Assembly: GCA_040905385.1 (NCBI GenBank)
Contig: JBBDRP010000002.1
Span: 459,526-523,525 of the forward strand
DNA: 64,000 bases
Direction of reading: 5' to 3'
Source: Minisyncoccota bacterium
GTDB lineage: Bacteria > Patescibacteriota > Minisyncoccia > Phycocordibacterales > SW-6-46-9
Shown here: positions 1 through 9,636 of the stretch, piece after piece
Layout of the letters: every line of letters starts with the position of its first letter
How positions within the stretch are numbered: the stretch's first letter is position 1
Notes under the pieces: generated by a model
Database searches by the model: none
Told to the model about the DNA's origin: nothing
What the model saw: the letters and a program-made list of their open reading frames with translations, nothing else
Made by a program: the position numbers and the translations under genes

Positions 1-547
1 CAACCGCATCTACAGAGAAAGCATCCGGCAGCGGCGAGATAACCACCGGATATCGCAGGTCCTTCAAAATTGCTTCATATAGCGTTACATCTGCTGCATC
101 ATAATTAGCAGCCAGTCGCCAGTACGGAATGGTCTTTACCCCGGTCTTACGCAGAATGTCACGGCGCTCCAGCTTTCCTGCTTCGCCGTAGCGAGTATGG
201 TAGTTACCAGTACTCGCCTTTTGATACTGCCGGCAGAGTTCCTGAATATAGCCGGCCTCCTTCCCTTTCAATGTATGAAAAACAATGCCGTCAAAATTTT
301 GCAGGAAATTCTCGATATCTATCGGCTGTCCATCAAGCTCAAAGCTGCCAGCGGGTGTCAGGTGAATATCACTGACATCATACGTATCACGAAGCGTGTG
401 ATACACGGACGATCCTGATGCCAGAGACGCCTCGCGGGCGTCGGGTGTAGTGCCACCACGGATGATGGCAATGGCTGGTGTTTCTAACGTACGATCCATG
501 TGTGCATTGTACCAAAGCTTTTCGTTTCGAAAGTAGTTGACAAACAT
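1..547 (-). CDS. ddl: D-alanine--D-alanine ligase, N-terminal portion; gene continues past window start
   Basis: Minus-strand ORF open to position 1 that is not in the supplied ORF track. ATG complement at 545-547, with an alternative ATG at 497-499. Translation MFVNYFRNEKLWYNAHMDRTLETPAIAIIRGGTTPDAREASLASGSS... matches the Ddl N-domain motif (IAVLxGGxSxEREVSLxSG) and the central KLxxKxxGxPxxPW segment. Confidence 0.6.
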   Translation of the reverse strand, partial: MFVNYFRNEKLWYNAHMDRTLETPAIAIIRGGTTPDAREASLASGSSVYHTLRDTYDVSDIHLTPAGSFELDGQPIDIENFLQNFDGIVFHTLKGKEAGYIQELCRQYQKASTGNYHTRYGEAGKLERRDILRKTGVKTIPYWRLAANYDAADVTLYEAILKDLRYPVVISPLPDAFSVDAV

Positions 548-621
548 ACTATAAGTGGTATTCTATTACTGAAGCACTTTTTATAAAAGAATAATTCAAA
601 ACAAATCATAAGGAGGAACTT

Positions 622-1755
622 ATGGAACTTACGAAAAGATACCCGAAATTCGGGCTCGTTATCGCAATCTTTACCCTCTTACTCCCTGTTCTCGTACAGG
701 CTCAGTATGGTTCTCACGGCCCTTACGGGGTTGGAGAGTTCAAAGAAGGAAAACACATACTTACAAAAGAAATGGAAACGCAGCTGAATGGCTTAGTTTC
801 TATGTTCGCACAAGAGTGTGCGAGGGGTAAAGTAATCGACGCAATTTCACACTCCGACAGCCTTCGATATAAAAACGTTTCGGAACACATGTCTAACCTG
901 TTGAATGCTAAATTAGCGTGGAGACGGGCTGATGAACCGATCCGGTATCTAGTGGATAAAGGAGTCGAGCAAGAATGCTTCGATGACATTCAGTGGAAAC
1001 CTGCCGACTCTAAAGATAGAGTTGTATCCTTTATGGTCAGACTCAGTAGAGATAAGCAAGCTGATTTAATTCTCGAGAACGAAGCAAGAATTGACTCAGT
1101 AGAAGCTGAAATCGCTGATCTGATTGAGAAAAATAAAGAACAGGACGAGCGTCTAGATGACCACCGAACGTGGATCGACGAGAATACTGTCTGGAATCAA
1201 AACCAGGATACAACACTGAACAATCATGAACAGCGCTTGCGATATCTTGAGAAGCAGAAGTGGGACGAGCAGCGAGATACTACAAGTATCGATGTTTCTG
1301 GCCATCTTGGTCTTAATGTCGAACACTTTGCCTCGCAGCTGGCACCGACGATTTCCGCCGGTGTACAGATTGGTCGTCTTGATTTGACTGGCTGGTACGG
1401 CTTTATGCCCAATACCGGAACAGTTGATCTCGATATCGGAACAGTCAATACCCGTCGTGAGACATACGGCGGCATGGCTACCTTGTATGTTCTTGATAAT
1501 AGTCGGATCTCTGTGGGTCCATCCATTGGGTGGGAGCACGGAGAAGATGCAATCGAGGGTCGTGGATCATACGTAAAAGTGTATGAATCCGCTCTCGTAG
1601 GAGCCTCAGCAGATATCAAGCTAATCGGCCCCCTGCATCTGAAAGTTAGTGCGGCTTACACACCTGTTATCAAGTCTTACAGTTACGACAACCAAGTACT
1701 GCAAGACGAAAGTAGCAACCTAAGACTCAGCGCTGGAATCAGCGTCACGTTTTAG
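622..1755 (+). CDS. secreted OmpA-like (peptidoglycan-associated) domain protein with coiled-coil and beta-rich C-terminus ending in Phe
   Basis: Signal peptide MELTKRYPKFGLVIAIFTLLLPVLVQAQ. Segment ISHSDSLRYKNVSEHMSNLLNAKLAWRRADEPIRYLVDKGV fits the OmpA/MotB C-domain consensus (GHTDxxG..N..LSxRRA..V..yL). Charged coiled-coil middle. The last about 150 aa show alternating hydrophobic residues and end ...LRLSAGISVTF. Confidence 0.75.
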   Translation: MELTKRYPKFGLVIAIFTLLLPVLVQAQYGSHGPYGVGEFKEGKHILTKEMETQLNGLVSMFAQECARGKVIDAISHSDSLRYKNVSEHMSNLLNAKLAWRRADEPIRYLVDKGVEQECFDDIQWKPADSKDRVVSFMVRLSRDKQADLILENEARIDSVEAEIADLIEKNKEQDERLDDHRTWIDENTVWNQNQDTTLNNHEQRLRYLEKQKWDEQRDTTSIDVSGHLGLNVEHFASQLAPTISAGVQIGRLDLTGWYGFMPNTGTVDLDIGTVNTRRETYGGMATLYVLDNSRISVGPSIGWEHGEDAIEGRGSYVKVYESALVGASADIKLIGPLHLKVSAAYTPVIKSYSYDNQVLQDESSNLRLSAGISVTF

Positions 1756-1791
1756 ACACTGTCACACAGAAATCGAAAACCAAATACAAAG

Positions 1792-4068
1792 GTGATAAAA
1801 ATGAAATACCGAATGATTAGATTGGTTCTCGTCCTGCTGGCAGTGTTAATTGCCGGTTGTGATGTAAACCAACCACATCAAGAACTAGAACAAGAACCAG
1901 AAGAACCCAAAATGGTACGGGCCTTTATCTGGGCACCCGAAATTGTTGAAGGTGACTCAGTGAGGGTTGAAACGGCGACAATAGTTGCTGACGGAGGTGA
2001 CTACAACCAAAAAGTTATCTCCACAAACGGCATCTTTGATGAGATGCTGATTGCACAGGATGTAGATGTAAAAATCTATGCCTACGCTGATGGATACAAA
2101 CCATCAGATACGCTGACAGTAAATCTAAACAGTGAGGTGAATGAAGCACTTGTTCTCGAACGTGAGGATGAGAAACCGGAACCAGAAGGTCCCGGTAAAC
2201 TTGAGTTCACTGCTGAGAGCTGTGCGGATGACGGATCAGTCGACAACGGTACACTGACTGTCACGGCTGAGAATGGATTCACTGCTATCCGACTTATCAA
2301 TGTTGAAAACAACGAAGTAGTAAAAGACATTGCTGAGTTAACGCCGAAAGAAAACCAGGAGTACACCTTTACCAGGGTACCTAATGGTGAGTACAAGGCA
2401 GTAGCAACACTGAACGAGCGCGAAAGCACTACGAAGGAAACGGTAACAGTTGACTGCGAAGCTCAGGAAGCACCTAATAAGGCTCCGAAAGCTAAGCTAG
2501 ACATCACAACTGATGGACTCACTGCGCTTTACGATGCTAGTGGCTCATCAGACACAGACGGTACGATCGAGAAGTACCTCTGGGACTTCGACAACGATGA
2601 TGAAATCGACGAAGAAACTGATGGCCCGACAATCGATAGAGAATTCAGTGAAGGTGGTAACTACACCGGACGAGTTGTGGTTGTCGACAACGACAGCGCA
2701 ACTGATGAAGCTACAGAAGACTTCATGCTGGAAGAACCGATGGGTCCTGGCATGATCAAGGAGCTGAAAACAGTATGTAGCGCCTTCGATGATGGCAAGA
2801 TCAAAATCAGAACCCGAAATGGGTTCTCCTCAATCAGCCTCATGCAGAACGGAACGCAGGTTCAGTACTATGACGAACTACCAGTCGAGGAGCATCAGGA
2901 GTTTACATTCACTGATGTCCCGGCCGGAACCTACAGCGTGATTCCTCAAATTAACAACCGCACCAACGAGAAGGTTGTTACGGTTAAGGCGTGCGAAAAA
3001 CCAAAAGCCCGCTTTACAAGCGAAGCTGATGGATTCACTGTACACTACGACGCAAGTGGGTCATCAAGTGAAAATGGTGACATTGTTACGTACGAGTGGG
3101 ACTGGACAGATGATGGTACCTTTGACGAGGAAACCACAGATCCACAACCATCCTTCGAGCATAATGAAGAAGGACCGATTCAGACTCGACTCCGCGTAAC
3201 CGACCTCAGAGGACTTACGGCCGAAACGACTGGCGAGGTTAATCCTTTCCAGCCGAACAAGGAACCGGTAGCTCATCTCGAGGATACTAACCATGGACTA
3301 ACAATTGTCTATGATGCCAGCGGGTCTTACGACCCTGACGGCGAGATCGTCGAGTATCGCTGGGACTGGATGAATGACGGGCAGATAGATTCTGTCACCA
3401 CTACTCCGATCGTTGAGTACACCTTTGATGATGAGGGTGATTTCTACACCCGCGTTGTTGTGGTGGATAATGACGGAGCTACCGCCGAGGCTACTACTCG
3501 GGTATGCCCAAAAGTCTTACTCAGCGACGAGTATCAGCATTGGATTACTTTTGGTGGTAATCGAGATATCTGGGTTTCAGATTATCAAAATAGACCAATC
3601 GATGATCTATTGAAGTTCGGAGAAGTACGACCTATCCTGTCGGATGAAAATCCTTACGGGCTCGTATATATAGAAAGCAAGTTCAAAGCTGATCCAAACA
3701 AAGACCAGCGATTTCTGCTTGAAATATACTACAACGAAGACGGGAGTGATGTATTTCGTACACCTATCTATCCGGATCAAACCGGTGTTGATGGCTGGAC
3801 AACAGCAACTACTTCGGTTGATGCTAGCAACTTTGCTGGCCACGCCAAGGACATTGCTGGAGTTAGAGTAATCCATGCCAATTCGCTGGATGAAAATGGC
3901 TCAACAGATCCTGACTCGGTATACTTCTCTACCGAAAACGACGAAGACGGAGAATTGTGGTTCAGATGGAGGGTTCAGTTGAACGGACCACAGAAAGCTC
4001 TTGCTCAGTCAACAGAATACGAATCAACTGTTACTGAAAGCGGCACGACAACACGTGCCTTAAATTGA
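1792..4068 (+). CDS. lipoprotein with four PKD-like repeats (cell-surface protein)
   Basis: Lipobox LLAVLIAGC. Four copies of YDASGSxDxDGxIxxYxWDxxxDGxxD...GxYxxRVVVVDNDGAT, the PKD-domain signature. Confidence 0.8.
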   Translation: MIKMKYRMIRLVLVLLAVLIAGCDVNQPHQELEQEPEEPKMVRAFIWAPEIVEGDSVRVETATIVADGGDYNQKVISTNGIFDEMLIAQDVDVKIYAYADGYKPSDTLTVNLNSEVNEALVLEREDEKPEPEGPGKLEFTAESCADDGSVDNGTLTVTAENGFTAIRLINVENNEVVKDIAELTPKENQEYTFTRVPNGEYKAVATLNERESTTKETVTVDCEAQEAPNKAPKAKLDITTDGLTALYDASGSSDTDGTIEKYLWDFDNDDEIDEETDGPTIDREFSEGGNYTGRVVVVDNDSATDEATEDFMLEEPMGPGMIKELKTVCSAFDDGKIKIRTRNGFSSISLMQNGTQVQYYDELPVEEHQEFTFTDVPAGTYSVIPQINNRTNEKVVTVKACEKPKARFTSEADGFTVHYDASGSSSENGDIVTYEWDWTDDGTFDEETTDPQPSFEHNEEGPIQTRLRVTDLRGLTAETTGEVNPFQPNKEPVAHLEDTNHGLTIVYDASGSYDPDGEIVEYRWDWMNDGQIDSVTTTPIVEYTFDDEGDFYTRVVVVDNDGATAEATTRVCPKVLLSDEYQHWITFGGNRDIWVSDYQNRPIDDLLKFGEVRPILSDENPYGLVYIESKFKADPNKDQRFLLEIYYNEDGSDVFRTPIYPDQTGVDGWTTATTSVDASNFAGHAKDIAGVRVIHANSLDENGSTDPDSVYFSTENDEDGELWFRWRVQLNGPQKALAQSTEYESTVTESGTTTRALN

Positions 4069-4102
4069 AATTCAATCTAGTTCCTCCCTAGAATATAACA
4101 AA

Positions 4103-4132
4103 AGGCCTGTCAGCAATTCAGCTGATGGGCCT
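4103..4132. terminator. 12-bp stem hairpin between convergent genes, probably the uvrC terminator
   Basis: aggcctgtcagc-aattc-agctgatgggcct. An A/T run on the minus-strand side gives TTTTGTT after the hairpin. Confidence 0.4.
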
Positions 4133-4231
4133 TTAAAATATCTACATATTATTAAAGAAATCGCTTGCGCCGATTTTAAATCTACTAGGTGTAATGACTT
4201 TCTAACATAAGTACCGGCCTGAGCCGTTCGA

Positions 4232-5464
4232 CTATTCTAAGAATCGCTTACGTCTTTTTTGCTTATGGAAGCTCTGGGCAAAGCGGTGCGACTCAGAGTT
4301 CACAATCTTAATCTCCTTCCCGTGTTCATGAATGATACTTTTTGGGCCTAAAATTGCCTTGGGCTTGTGCTTGTCGTCCTTTACCACCGAAACCACTGGT
4401 ATATCCACCTCTGCAGCCGCTAATTCGGCCTTTACGGCGTTTCGCTGGGCTTTGCCACCATCTATCACAAACACGTCTGGATACGGCCATTCTGGATGTC
4501 CGAGCCGGCGTCGCACTACCTCTGCTAGGGCGGCCGGATCATTCGCTCCGGATACACCTTTAATATTAAATTTACGGTAATCCTCCTTTCGGGCGTAGCC
4601 ATCCTCCAGCACCACCAGCGCGCCAACCATATCATCTGCGGCCAGGTGGGCGATGTCGTACCCCTCTAGTCGTAAATCTGCGCTATCCGCCGATACGGTG
4701 TCCTCCTCTATCAAGGCTACGTCATCAATATGATCAAGGGAGAATATCTGCCCCTTTATCTTTTGCGCTCGTTCGAACTGCTCAGCTTCGGCTGCAGCAT
4801 GCATATCTGCTTTCAGCTTGTCGCGAAGCTTATCAGTTTCTCCCTCCAGGAAAAGTGAGAGGTTACTGATGGTATCCGCGTAAGCCTTCTTCGTAATCTC
4901 GCTGGTGCAGACACCAGGACACAGCCCAATCTGATAAGAAAAGCAGGGCTTCTTATTTCCCTTCTCCTTTACTGGCGTGCACTTACGATCTCGGTATGGA
5001 AAAATCTTGCGAATTATCTTCAGAGCTGATTCTAGCTGACGACGACTCGGATATGGGCCAAAGGATTCCTCTATCTCATCAGGATCGATACTTGTCTGTA
5101 ACTCTCGCTCACGAACGATTCTGATCTGAGGAAACGTCTCATTCGTAAAGATAACAAAATTAGCTGATTTATTATCCTTCTCCTTCGTATTGTACGGTGG
5201 CTGTTTTTTGCCGATTAAATTGCGCTCCAGAATCAAGGCCTCAAGTACCGAGCCGGTCTCTTGATAATCCACCGACGTAGCCTCGGCAACCATCTTCTGA
5301 ATCAGCGGGCTACGGGTCTGCGCCAGATCATCGTTAAAGTAGCTCCGTACACGGTCGTGTAGCGATGTGGCTTTGCCGATGTACAATAACCTTTCTCCAT
5401 CCTTAAAGAAGTACACGCCAGGTGTATCGGGTAACTCCTTGATTTGTTCTTTGATATTAGACAT
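4232..5464 (-). CDS. uvrC: excinuclease ABC subunit C, short form lacking the C-terminal (HhH)2 domain
   Basis: N-terminal GIY-YIG (PGVYFFKDGERLLYIGKATSLHDRVRSYF). UVR domain (FERAQKIKGQIFSL). UvrC RNaseH-like endonuclease region. 410 aa. Confidence 0.85.
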   Translation of the reverse strand: MSNIKEQIKELPDTPGVYFFKDGERLLYIGKATSLHDRVRSYFNDDLAQTRSPLIQKMVAEATSVDYQETGSVLEALILERNLIGKKQPPYNTKEKDNKSANFVIFTNETFPQIRIVRERELQTSIDPDEIEESFGPYPSRRQLESALKIIRKIFPYRDRKCTPVKEKGNKKPCFSYQIGLCPGVCTSEITKKAYADTISNLSLFLEGETDKLRDKLKADMHAAAEAEQFERAQKIKGQIFSLDHIDDVALIEEDTVSADSADLRLEGYDIAHLAADDMVGALVVLEDGYARKEDYRKFNIKGVSGANDPAALAEVVRRRLGHPEWPYPDVFVIDGGKAQRNAVKAELAAAEVDIPVVSVVKDDKHKPKAILGPKSIIHEHGKEIKIVNSESHRFAQSFHKQKRRKRFLE

Positions 5465-5525
5465 GTGTGTATTTAGGATACCTAAATAAGAGTCGAAAGT
5501 TAAAAGTTTAAAGTAGAAAGAAGTC

Positions 5526-5550
5526 TATCTTTGTCTATTTGACAAAGATA
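5526..5550. promoter_or_regulatory. perfect 10-bp inverted repeat (tatctttgtc-N5-gacaaagata) in the divergent uvrC / 5607-ORF promoter region; candidate operator
   Basis: Seen directly. It overlaps a TTGACA hexamer at 5539-5544. Confidence 0.3.
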
Positions 5551-5606
5551 ATATAAAAGAGTACTCTTTACACAGAACTGAAATCATTATTAAATGGAGA
5601 TAGAAC

Positions 5607-5819
5607 ATGAGAAAGTTATCTTTTGTACTTGTAACGATTGCGATTGCGGTAACTTCAACTATCTTACTTTTACCAGAGACAATAACAGATATCGGAAACG
5701 GTACTGAGAGGGTTGTAAGGTATTTTGCAATTATCTTGAATATATTTGCAGGTGCCTTGATTGCCAGCAAACTTTTTCTCTCTTGGGAGGAAGATGTAGA
5801 AAAAGAAGCAGTAGCATAA
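5607..5819 (+). CDS. small membrane protein
   Basis: GGAGA Shine-Dalgarno 7 nt upstream. Hydrophobic N-terminal segment. Followed by a terminator. Confidence 0.55.
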   Translation: MRKLSFVLVTIAIAVTSTILLLPETITDIGNGTERVVRYFAIILNIFAGALIASKLFLSWEEDVEKEAVA

Positions 5820-5832
5820 CTACAAATTATGA

Positions 5833-5864
5833 AGCTCACAGAACATTATGATCTGTGAGCTTTT
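5833..5864 (+). terminator. rho-independent terminator
   Basis: agctcacag-N11-ctgtgagct 9-bp stem followed by TTTT. Confidence 0.65.
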
Positions 5865-5935
5865 CTATTATTGACAGTACACTTATATACATGTACTATC
5901 ATAAATAGCTAAAATGTTCATTCAATCCAAGACCG

Positions 5936-6337
5936 ATGACTAAAGATCATGAAGCCAAGACCAGTACCGACAAGATAAAATCGTGGTTGATCCAGATAAA
6001 AAAGAAACTTGTTCAGATGGGATCGTGGTTGAACCAGATGAGGAAGAAGGCTGCAGAGTATATCTCTGAATTCATGGCTGAAAAGCCAGAAGCATCAGCA
6101 GTAATAGTGGGTGTTCTTGCCTTCTTTATTGCCAATCAGTTATTTCTTTTCCCTCTATTCACTCCTGAATCAGTGGGACAACTGCAAATATCACGCAAAC
6201 TTGATGCTATGTACGGTCAAGAAGGCTCCTTTATGCTCTTCTCATTCTGGGCACATATAGGTGTTGCTTTAACAACCTATCTTGTCGCTAAATTCACCTT
6301 AGAGAAGTTGTATAAAGAGAAGCAAGGTAGTAACTAG
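5936..6337 (+). CDS. hypothetical membrane protein
   Basis: 133-aa ORF with two hydrophobic segments, followed by a canonical terminator. Confidence 0.55.
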   Translation: MTKDHEAKTSTDKIKSWLIQIKKKLVQMGSWLNQMRKKAAEYISEFMAEKPEASAVIVGVLAFFIANQLFLFPLFTPESVGQLQISRKLDAMYGQEGSFMLFSFWAHIGVALTTYLVAKFTLEKLYKEKQGSN

Positions 6338-6359
6338 TAATAAATCAATTTAATTAAAA

Positions 6360-6388
6360 GCCGACACACCTAAACGTGTCGGCTTTTT
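6360..6388 (+). terminator. rho-independent terminator
   Basis: gccgacac-acctaaac-gtgtcggc 8-bp stem followed by TTTTT. Confidence 0.7.
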
Positions 6389-6417
6389 CATATCTCTTGC
6401 ATCCTACCGTGTTGTGA

Positions 6418-6505
6418 GCTGGTGGTAATCTGCGTGCCTCGCGCAGTCCCGCGAACGCGGGATGTGCGGAGAGCTTGACTCATGCCAAGCAGATTACTAC
6501 CAGCG
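6418..6505. other. 88-nt GC-rich nested stem-loop immediately 3' of uvrA (structured RNA, REP-like element or att-like site)
   Basis: 16-bp outer stem gctggtggtaatctgc / gcagattactaccagc with one G-U pair. Inner hairpins include cccgcg-aa-cgcggg and cgcgca..tgtgcg. About 65% GC in an AT-richer context. Confidence 0.5.
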
Positions 6506-6508
6506 AAC

Positions 6509-9127
6509 TTACAATACGTCCTTCAAATACTCCCCCGTTACCGAATCCTTGTTCTCTACGAGCTGCTCGGGTGTTCCTTTAGCAACAATTTTTCCGCCGT
6601 GCTCACCACCACCTGGTCCCATATCAATCACGTAGTCGGCATTTTTTATAATATCTAAATTGTGCTCGATCACCATCACGGTGTTTCCCATATCCACCAG
6701 CTCCTGCAGAATGGTTGTCAGCTGGCGCACATCATCGTAATGCAGACCAACCGTCGGTTCATCCAGGAGGTAAATCGTTTTTTTGGTATGCCGACGATAC
6801 AACTCCGAAGCGATCTTGATTCGCTGTGCCTCACCACCGGAGAGTGTGGTTGATGGCTGGCCCAGCTCTAGGTACGACAACCCGACGCGCACCAGTGTTT
6901 CCAGTCGGTCGGCAATCGGCGGAATATCCTCAAAAAACTCAGCCGCTTCCTCGATTGTCATCGATAATACCTGGAAGATATTCTGCCCTTTATACGTGAT
7001 ATCCAGTGTGTCCTCGGTAAATCGCCGACCATTACAGACCTCGCACGGCACGTGCACCGTTGGCAGAAAGTGCATCTCGATCTTCTGCTCCCCTTTTCCT
7101 TTGCAGGCCTCACAGCGACCGCCGGAGGTATTAAAAGAAAATCGACTCTTGGTAAAACCACGCACCTTCGCCTGCTTGGTCTCGGCGAAGAGGTCACGAA
7201 TGTAATCAAAGGCACTGGTGTATGTAGCCGGGTTAGAACGGCTCGAACGTCCAATTGGCGACTGATCAATCATTACTGCTCGGGCTAGATACTCACTACC
7301 GGCAAATTCGCTACAGTTCACGGGATCCTGTGCGGCCGTCCGGTCATGGTAAATACGCTTGAGGTTCTTGTATAGAATATCGTACAGGAATGATGACTTG
7401 CCCGAGCCGGATACCCCACTAAGTGCGATTAGCTTCCCAAGCGGCAACTGCACATTAAGCCCGTTAATATTATGACGCTTGCCGCCTTTTATACGTAAAT
7501 GACCATTATTCTCCGTACGACGCTTCTCTGGGTACGGGGTAACCTCCTTGCCTTGTAGATACTTCAGGGTTAGCGATTTTTCGGCCGCCTTGTCATCCTT
7601 CATAAGCTCTTTTATTGGGCCATTTGCCATCACCTCTCCGCCATGCACACCAGCCCGTGGTCCAAGATCCAGTAGATGATCCGACGCCTCGATGGTCTGA
7701 CGATCATGTTCTACCACCAGGACAGAGTTACCAATATCACGGAGATTATGAAGTGTGCTAAGCAATCTGTCGGTATCGCGCGAGTGCAGACCAATGGTTG
7801 GCTCATCCAGTACGTACAGCGCACCAACCAACTTACTGCCTAGCTGGCTGGCCAGCCGAATTCGCTGCGCCTCACCACCAGACAGCGTATTGGCTCGGCG
7901 ATCCAGGGTTAGGTACTCAACACCAACATCCGCCATAAAAGAAAGCCGATCGGAAATCTCGCGTGAAACAACATCCACCACCTTCTGCTTGGATCCCTCG
8001 ATCTCAAGATCTGTATACCAGTCAAGCGCTCCTTCAACGGTTAGAGCGACAAACTCGGATATATTCAGCCGCTCATCACCGGCCGTAAGAAAGACGTTCC
8101 GTGCGGCCTCACGCAGTCGGGCACCTTCACAGTCTGGGCACGGCTTACTACCACGAAACTCAGTGGTACCAAGTCCATTACAGGTCGGGCAGGCGCCGTA
8201 TGGCGAGTTGAAGGAGAAAAGTCGTGGCTCAATCTCCGGAAATGAGTACCCATCATACGGGCAGGTAAACTGTGATGACATTAATTTTCCGATAGTATTC
8301 CTTCCTGAGTCGCTTGCCCCGTAGCCGGAGCCTTGCGACGTGGTACCGGGGCCTATCCAAACCCGTACGAGTCCTTCCGCTTCATTAAGAGATCGTTCAA
8401 CTGCTTCGGCCAATCGATCACGAACGTCCCCGCCGTCGCGGGATTTACCCTTACCGGAAAATTCCTCTAATGAAATTGCGTCCACGAGGACATCGATGTC
8501 ATGCGTAGTGTGCTTTTCGAGCACGATCTGTTCACGCAGGCGCTTGGTCTCACCATCAATCAGAACCTGGCTGTAGCCACGCTCGAGTAGATTGTATAGA
8601 AGCTGGTAGTACTCTCCTTTCCGACCACGCACAATTGGCGCGTAGATGTAAACTGCCAGATCGTCGGTGCTTTTCACTTCTTCAAGTTTCTCCTCTACCT
8701 GCTCCCCAATCAGTCGCTGTATTTCCTCGGCCGACAGCTTCTCAATCGGTCGACCACACTCAAGACAGTGTGGCGTACCGACACGTGCAAACAGGATTCG
8801 CAGATAATCATACGTCTCGGTGATGGTTGCCACAGTTGAACGTGGATTATTTGATCTTGACGATTGATCAATCGATATAGCTGGGCTTAATCCCGTAATC
8901 TCGTCAACATCCGGGCGCTGCATCCGGTCTAAGAACTGGCGAGCGTAGCTAGACAGTGATTCAACGTACCGTCGCTGCCCTTCGGCAAAGATGGTATCAA
9001 AAGCCAGAGATGACTTTCCAGAACCAGATACGCCGGTAATAGCCACCAACTCACCACGCGGAATCTCCACGTTTATATCTTTAAGATTGTGCGTCCGAGC
9101 CCCCTTAATTTTTATACTATCATTCAT
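6509..9127 (-). CDS. uvrA: excinuclease ABC subunit A
   Basis: Two ABC ATPase modules: [14 protein letters not shown] and a second GVSGSGKSS. Zinc-finger Cys pairs. N-terminus [32 protein letters not shown]. The in-frame upstream GTG at 9172 is an alternative start. Confidence 0.9.
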   Translation of the reverse strand: MNDSIKIKGARTHNLKDINVEIPRGELVAITGVSGSGKSSLAFDTIFAEGQRRYVESLSSYARQFLDRMQRPDVDEITGLSPAISIDQSSRSNNPRSTVATITETYDYLRILFARVGTPHCLECGRPIEKLSAEEIQRLIGEQVEEKLEEVKSTDDLAVYIYAPIVRGRKGEYYQLLYNLLERGYSQVLIDGETKRLREQIVLEKHTTHDIDVLVDAISLEEFSGKGKSRDGGDVRDRLAEAVERSLNEAEGLVRVWIGPGTTSQGSGYGASDSGRNTIGKLMSSQFTCPYDGYSFPEIEPRLFSFNSPYGACPTCNGLGTTEFRGSKPCPDCEGARLREAARNVFLTAGDERLNISEFVALTVEGALDWYTDLEIEGSKQKVVDVVSREISDRLSFMADVGVEYLTLDRRANTLSGGEAQRIRLASQLGSKLVGALYVLDEPTIGLHSRDTDRLLSTLHNLRDIGNSVLVVEHDRQTIEASDHLLDLGPRAGVHGGEVMANGPIKELMKDDKAAEKSLTLKYLQGKEVTPYPEKRRTENNGHLRIKGGKRHNINGLNVQLPLGKLIALSGVSGSGKSSFLYDILYKNLKRIYHDRTAAQDPVNCSEFAGSEYLARAVMIDQSPIGRSSRSNPATYTSAFDYIRDLFAETKQAKVRGFTKSRFSFNTSGGRCEACKGKGEQKIEMHFLPTVHVPCEVCNGRRFTEDTLDITYKGQNIFQVLSMTIEEAAEFFEDIPPIADRLETLVRVGLSYLELGQPSTTLSGGEAQRIKIASELYRRHTKKTIYLLDEPTVGLHYDDVRQLTTILQELVDMGNTVMVIEHNLDIIKNADYVIDMGPGGGEHGGKIVAKGTPEQLVENKDSVTGEYLKDVL

Positions 9128-9229
9128 ATTATTCTGAGATTGAAGCTCCTTTTTACGTAGGGAATATAACACAAAAGGCGCACGCAGATAAACTGTACGC
9201 CGATATGTTTACTTCAGATTATGTATGCT

Positions 9230-9619
9230 TTACTTGGTACCGTGTTCAGCAATTAGTTCTCCAGTACGCTTTACAATCTCGTCCAGTGAGTGATTAGCCT
9301 TGACAATAAAATCAACTGCGCCGAGCTCCTTACCTTTTTCCACGTCCTCTTTTTGGCCAAGGTTAGACAGGAATGCAACTGGAATATCAGAGACTGATTC
9401 ATCACTCTTAAGCTTTTCGAGTATCTCGAATCCATTCATACCCGGAAGAATAATATCAAGCATGATAATGTCTGGATCCTCATCGTGAGCCTTTCGCAGA
9501 GCTTCTTTACCCTCACCAGCATGTACAACTCTGAAATTAGCAGCCTTAAACTTCTTTACGAGTATCTCGATAAGAAAGCTATCATCCTCAACTAGCAACA
9601 ATGTGTATTGGTTATCCAT
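9230..9619 (-). CDS. response regulator, receiver domain only (CheY-like)
   Basis: LLVEDDSFL...DIIMLDIILPGMNGFEILEKLK; 129 aa with no output domain. Confidence 0.8.
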   Translation of the reverse strand: MDNQYTLLLVEDDSFLIEILVKKFKAANFRVVHAGEGKEALRKAHDEDPDIIMLDIILPGMNGFEILEKLKSDESVSDIPVAFLSNLGQKEDVEKGKELGAVDFIVKANHSLDEIVKRTGELIAEHGTK

Positions 9620-9636
9620 AGTGATGTTATTTATGT

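Noticed and set aside
723-1619. Minus-strand ORFs 723-989, 1153-1539 and 1224-1619
   Set aside because: They are fully embedded antisense to the 622-1755 gene, which has a signal peptide and an OmpA-domain signature.
6783-8576. Plus-strand ORFs of 78-189 aa inside uvrA (6783-7205, 7755-8324, 8340-8576), and similar antisense ORFs inside clpB (60829-61497, 61257-61700), dnaX (38717-39352), dprA (44951-45520), parB (51349-51978) and murB (53433-53765)
   Set aside because: These are shadow ORFs on the opposite strand of well-supported genes, with low-complexity Ser/Arg/Pro-rich translations.
9128-9172. Longer uvrA start ([15 protein letters not shown]..., actually a GTG codon at 9170-9172)
   Set aside because: The ATG at 9127 gives the canonical UvrA N-terminus ([15 protein letters not shown]). 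Neither start has a good Shine-Dalgarno, so the extension is uncertain and not adopted.
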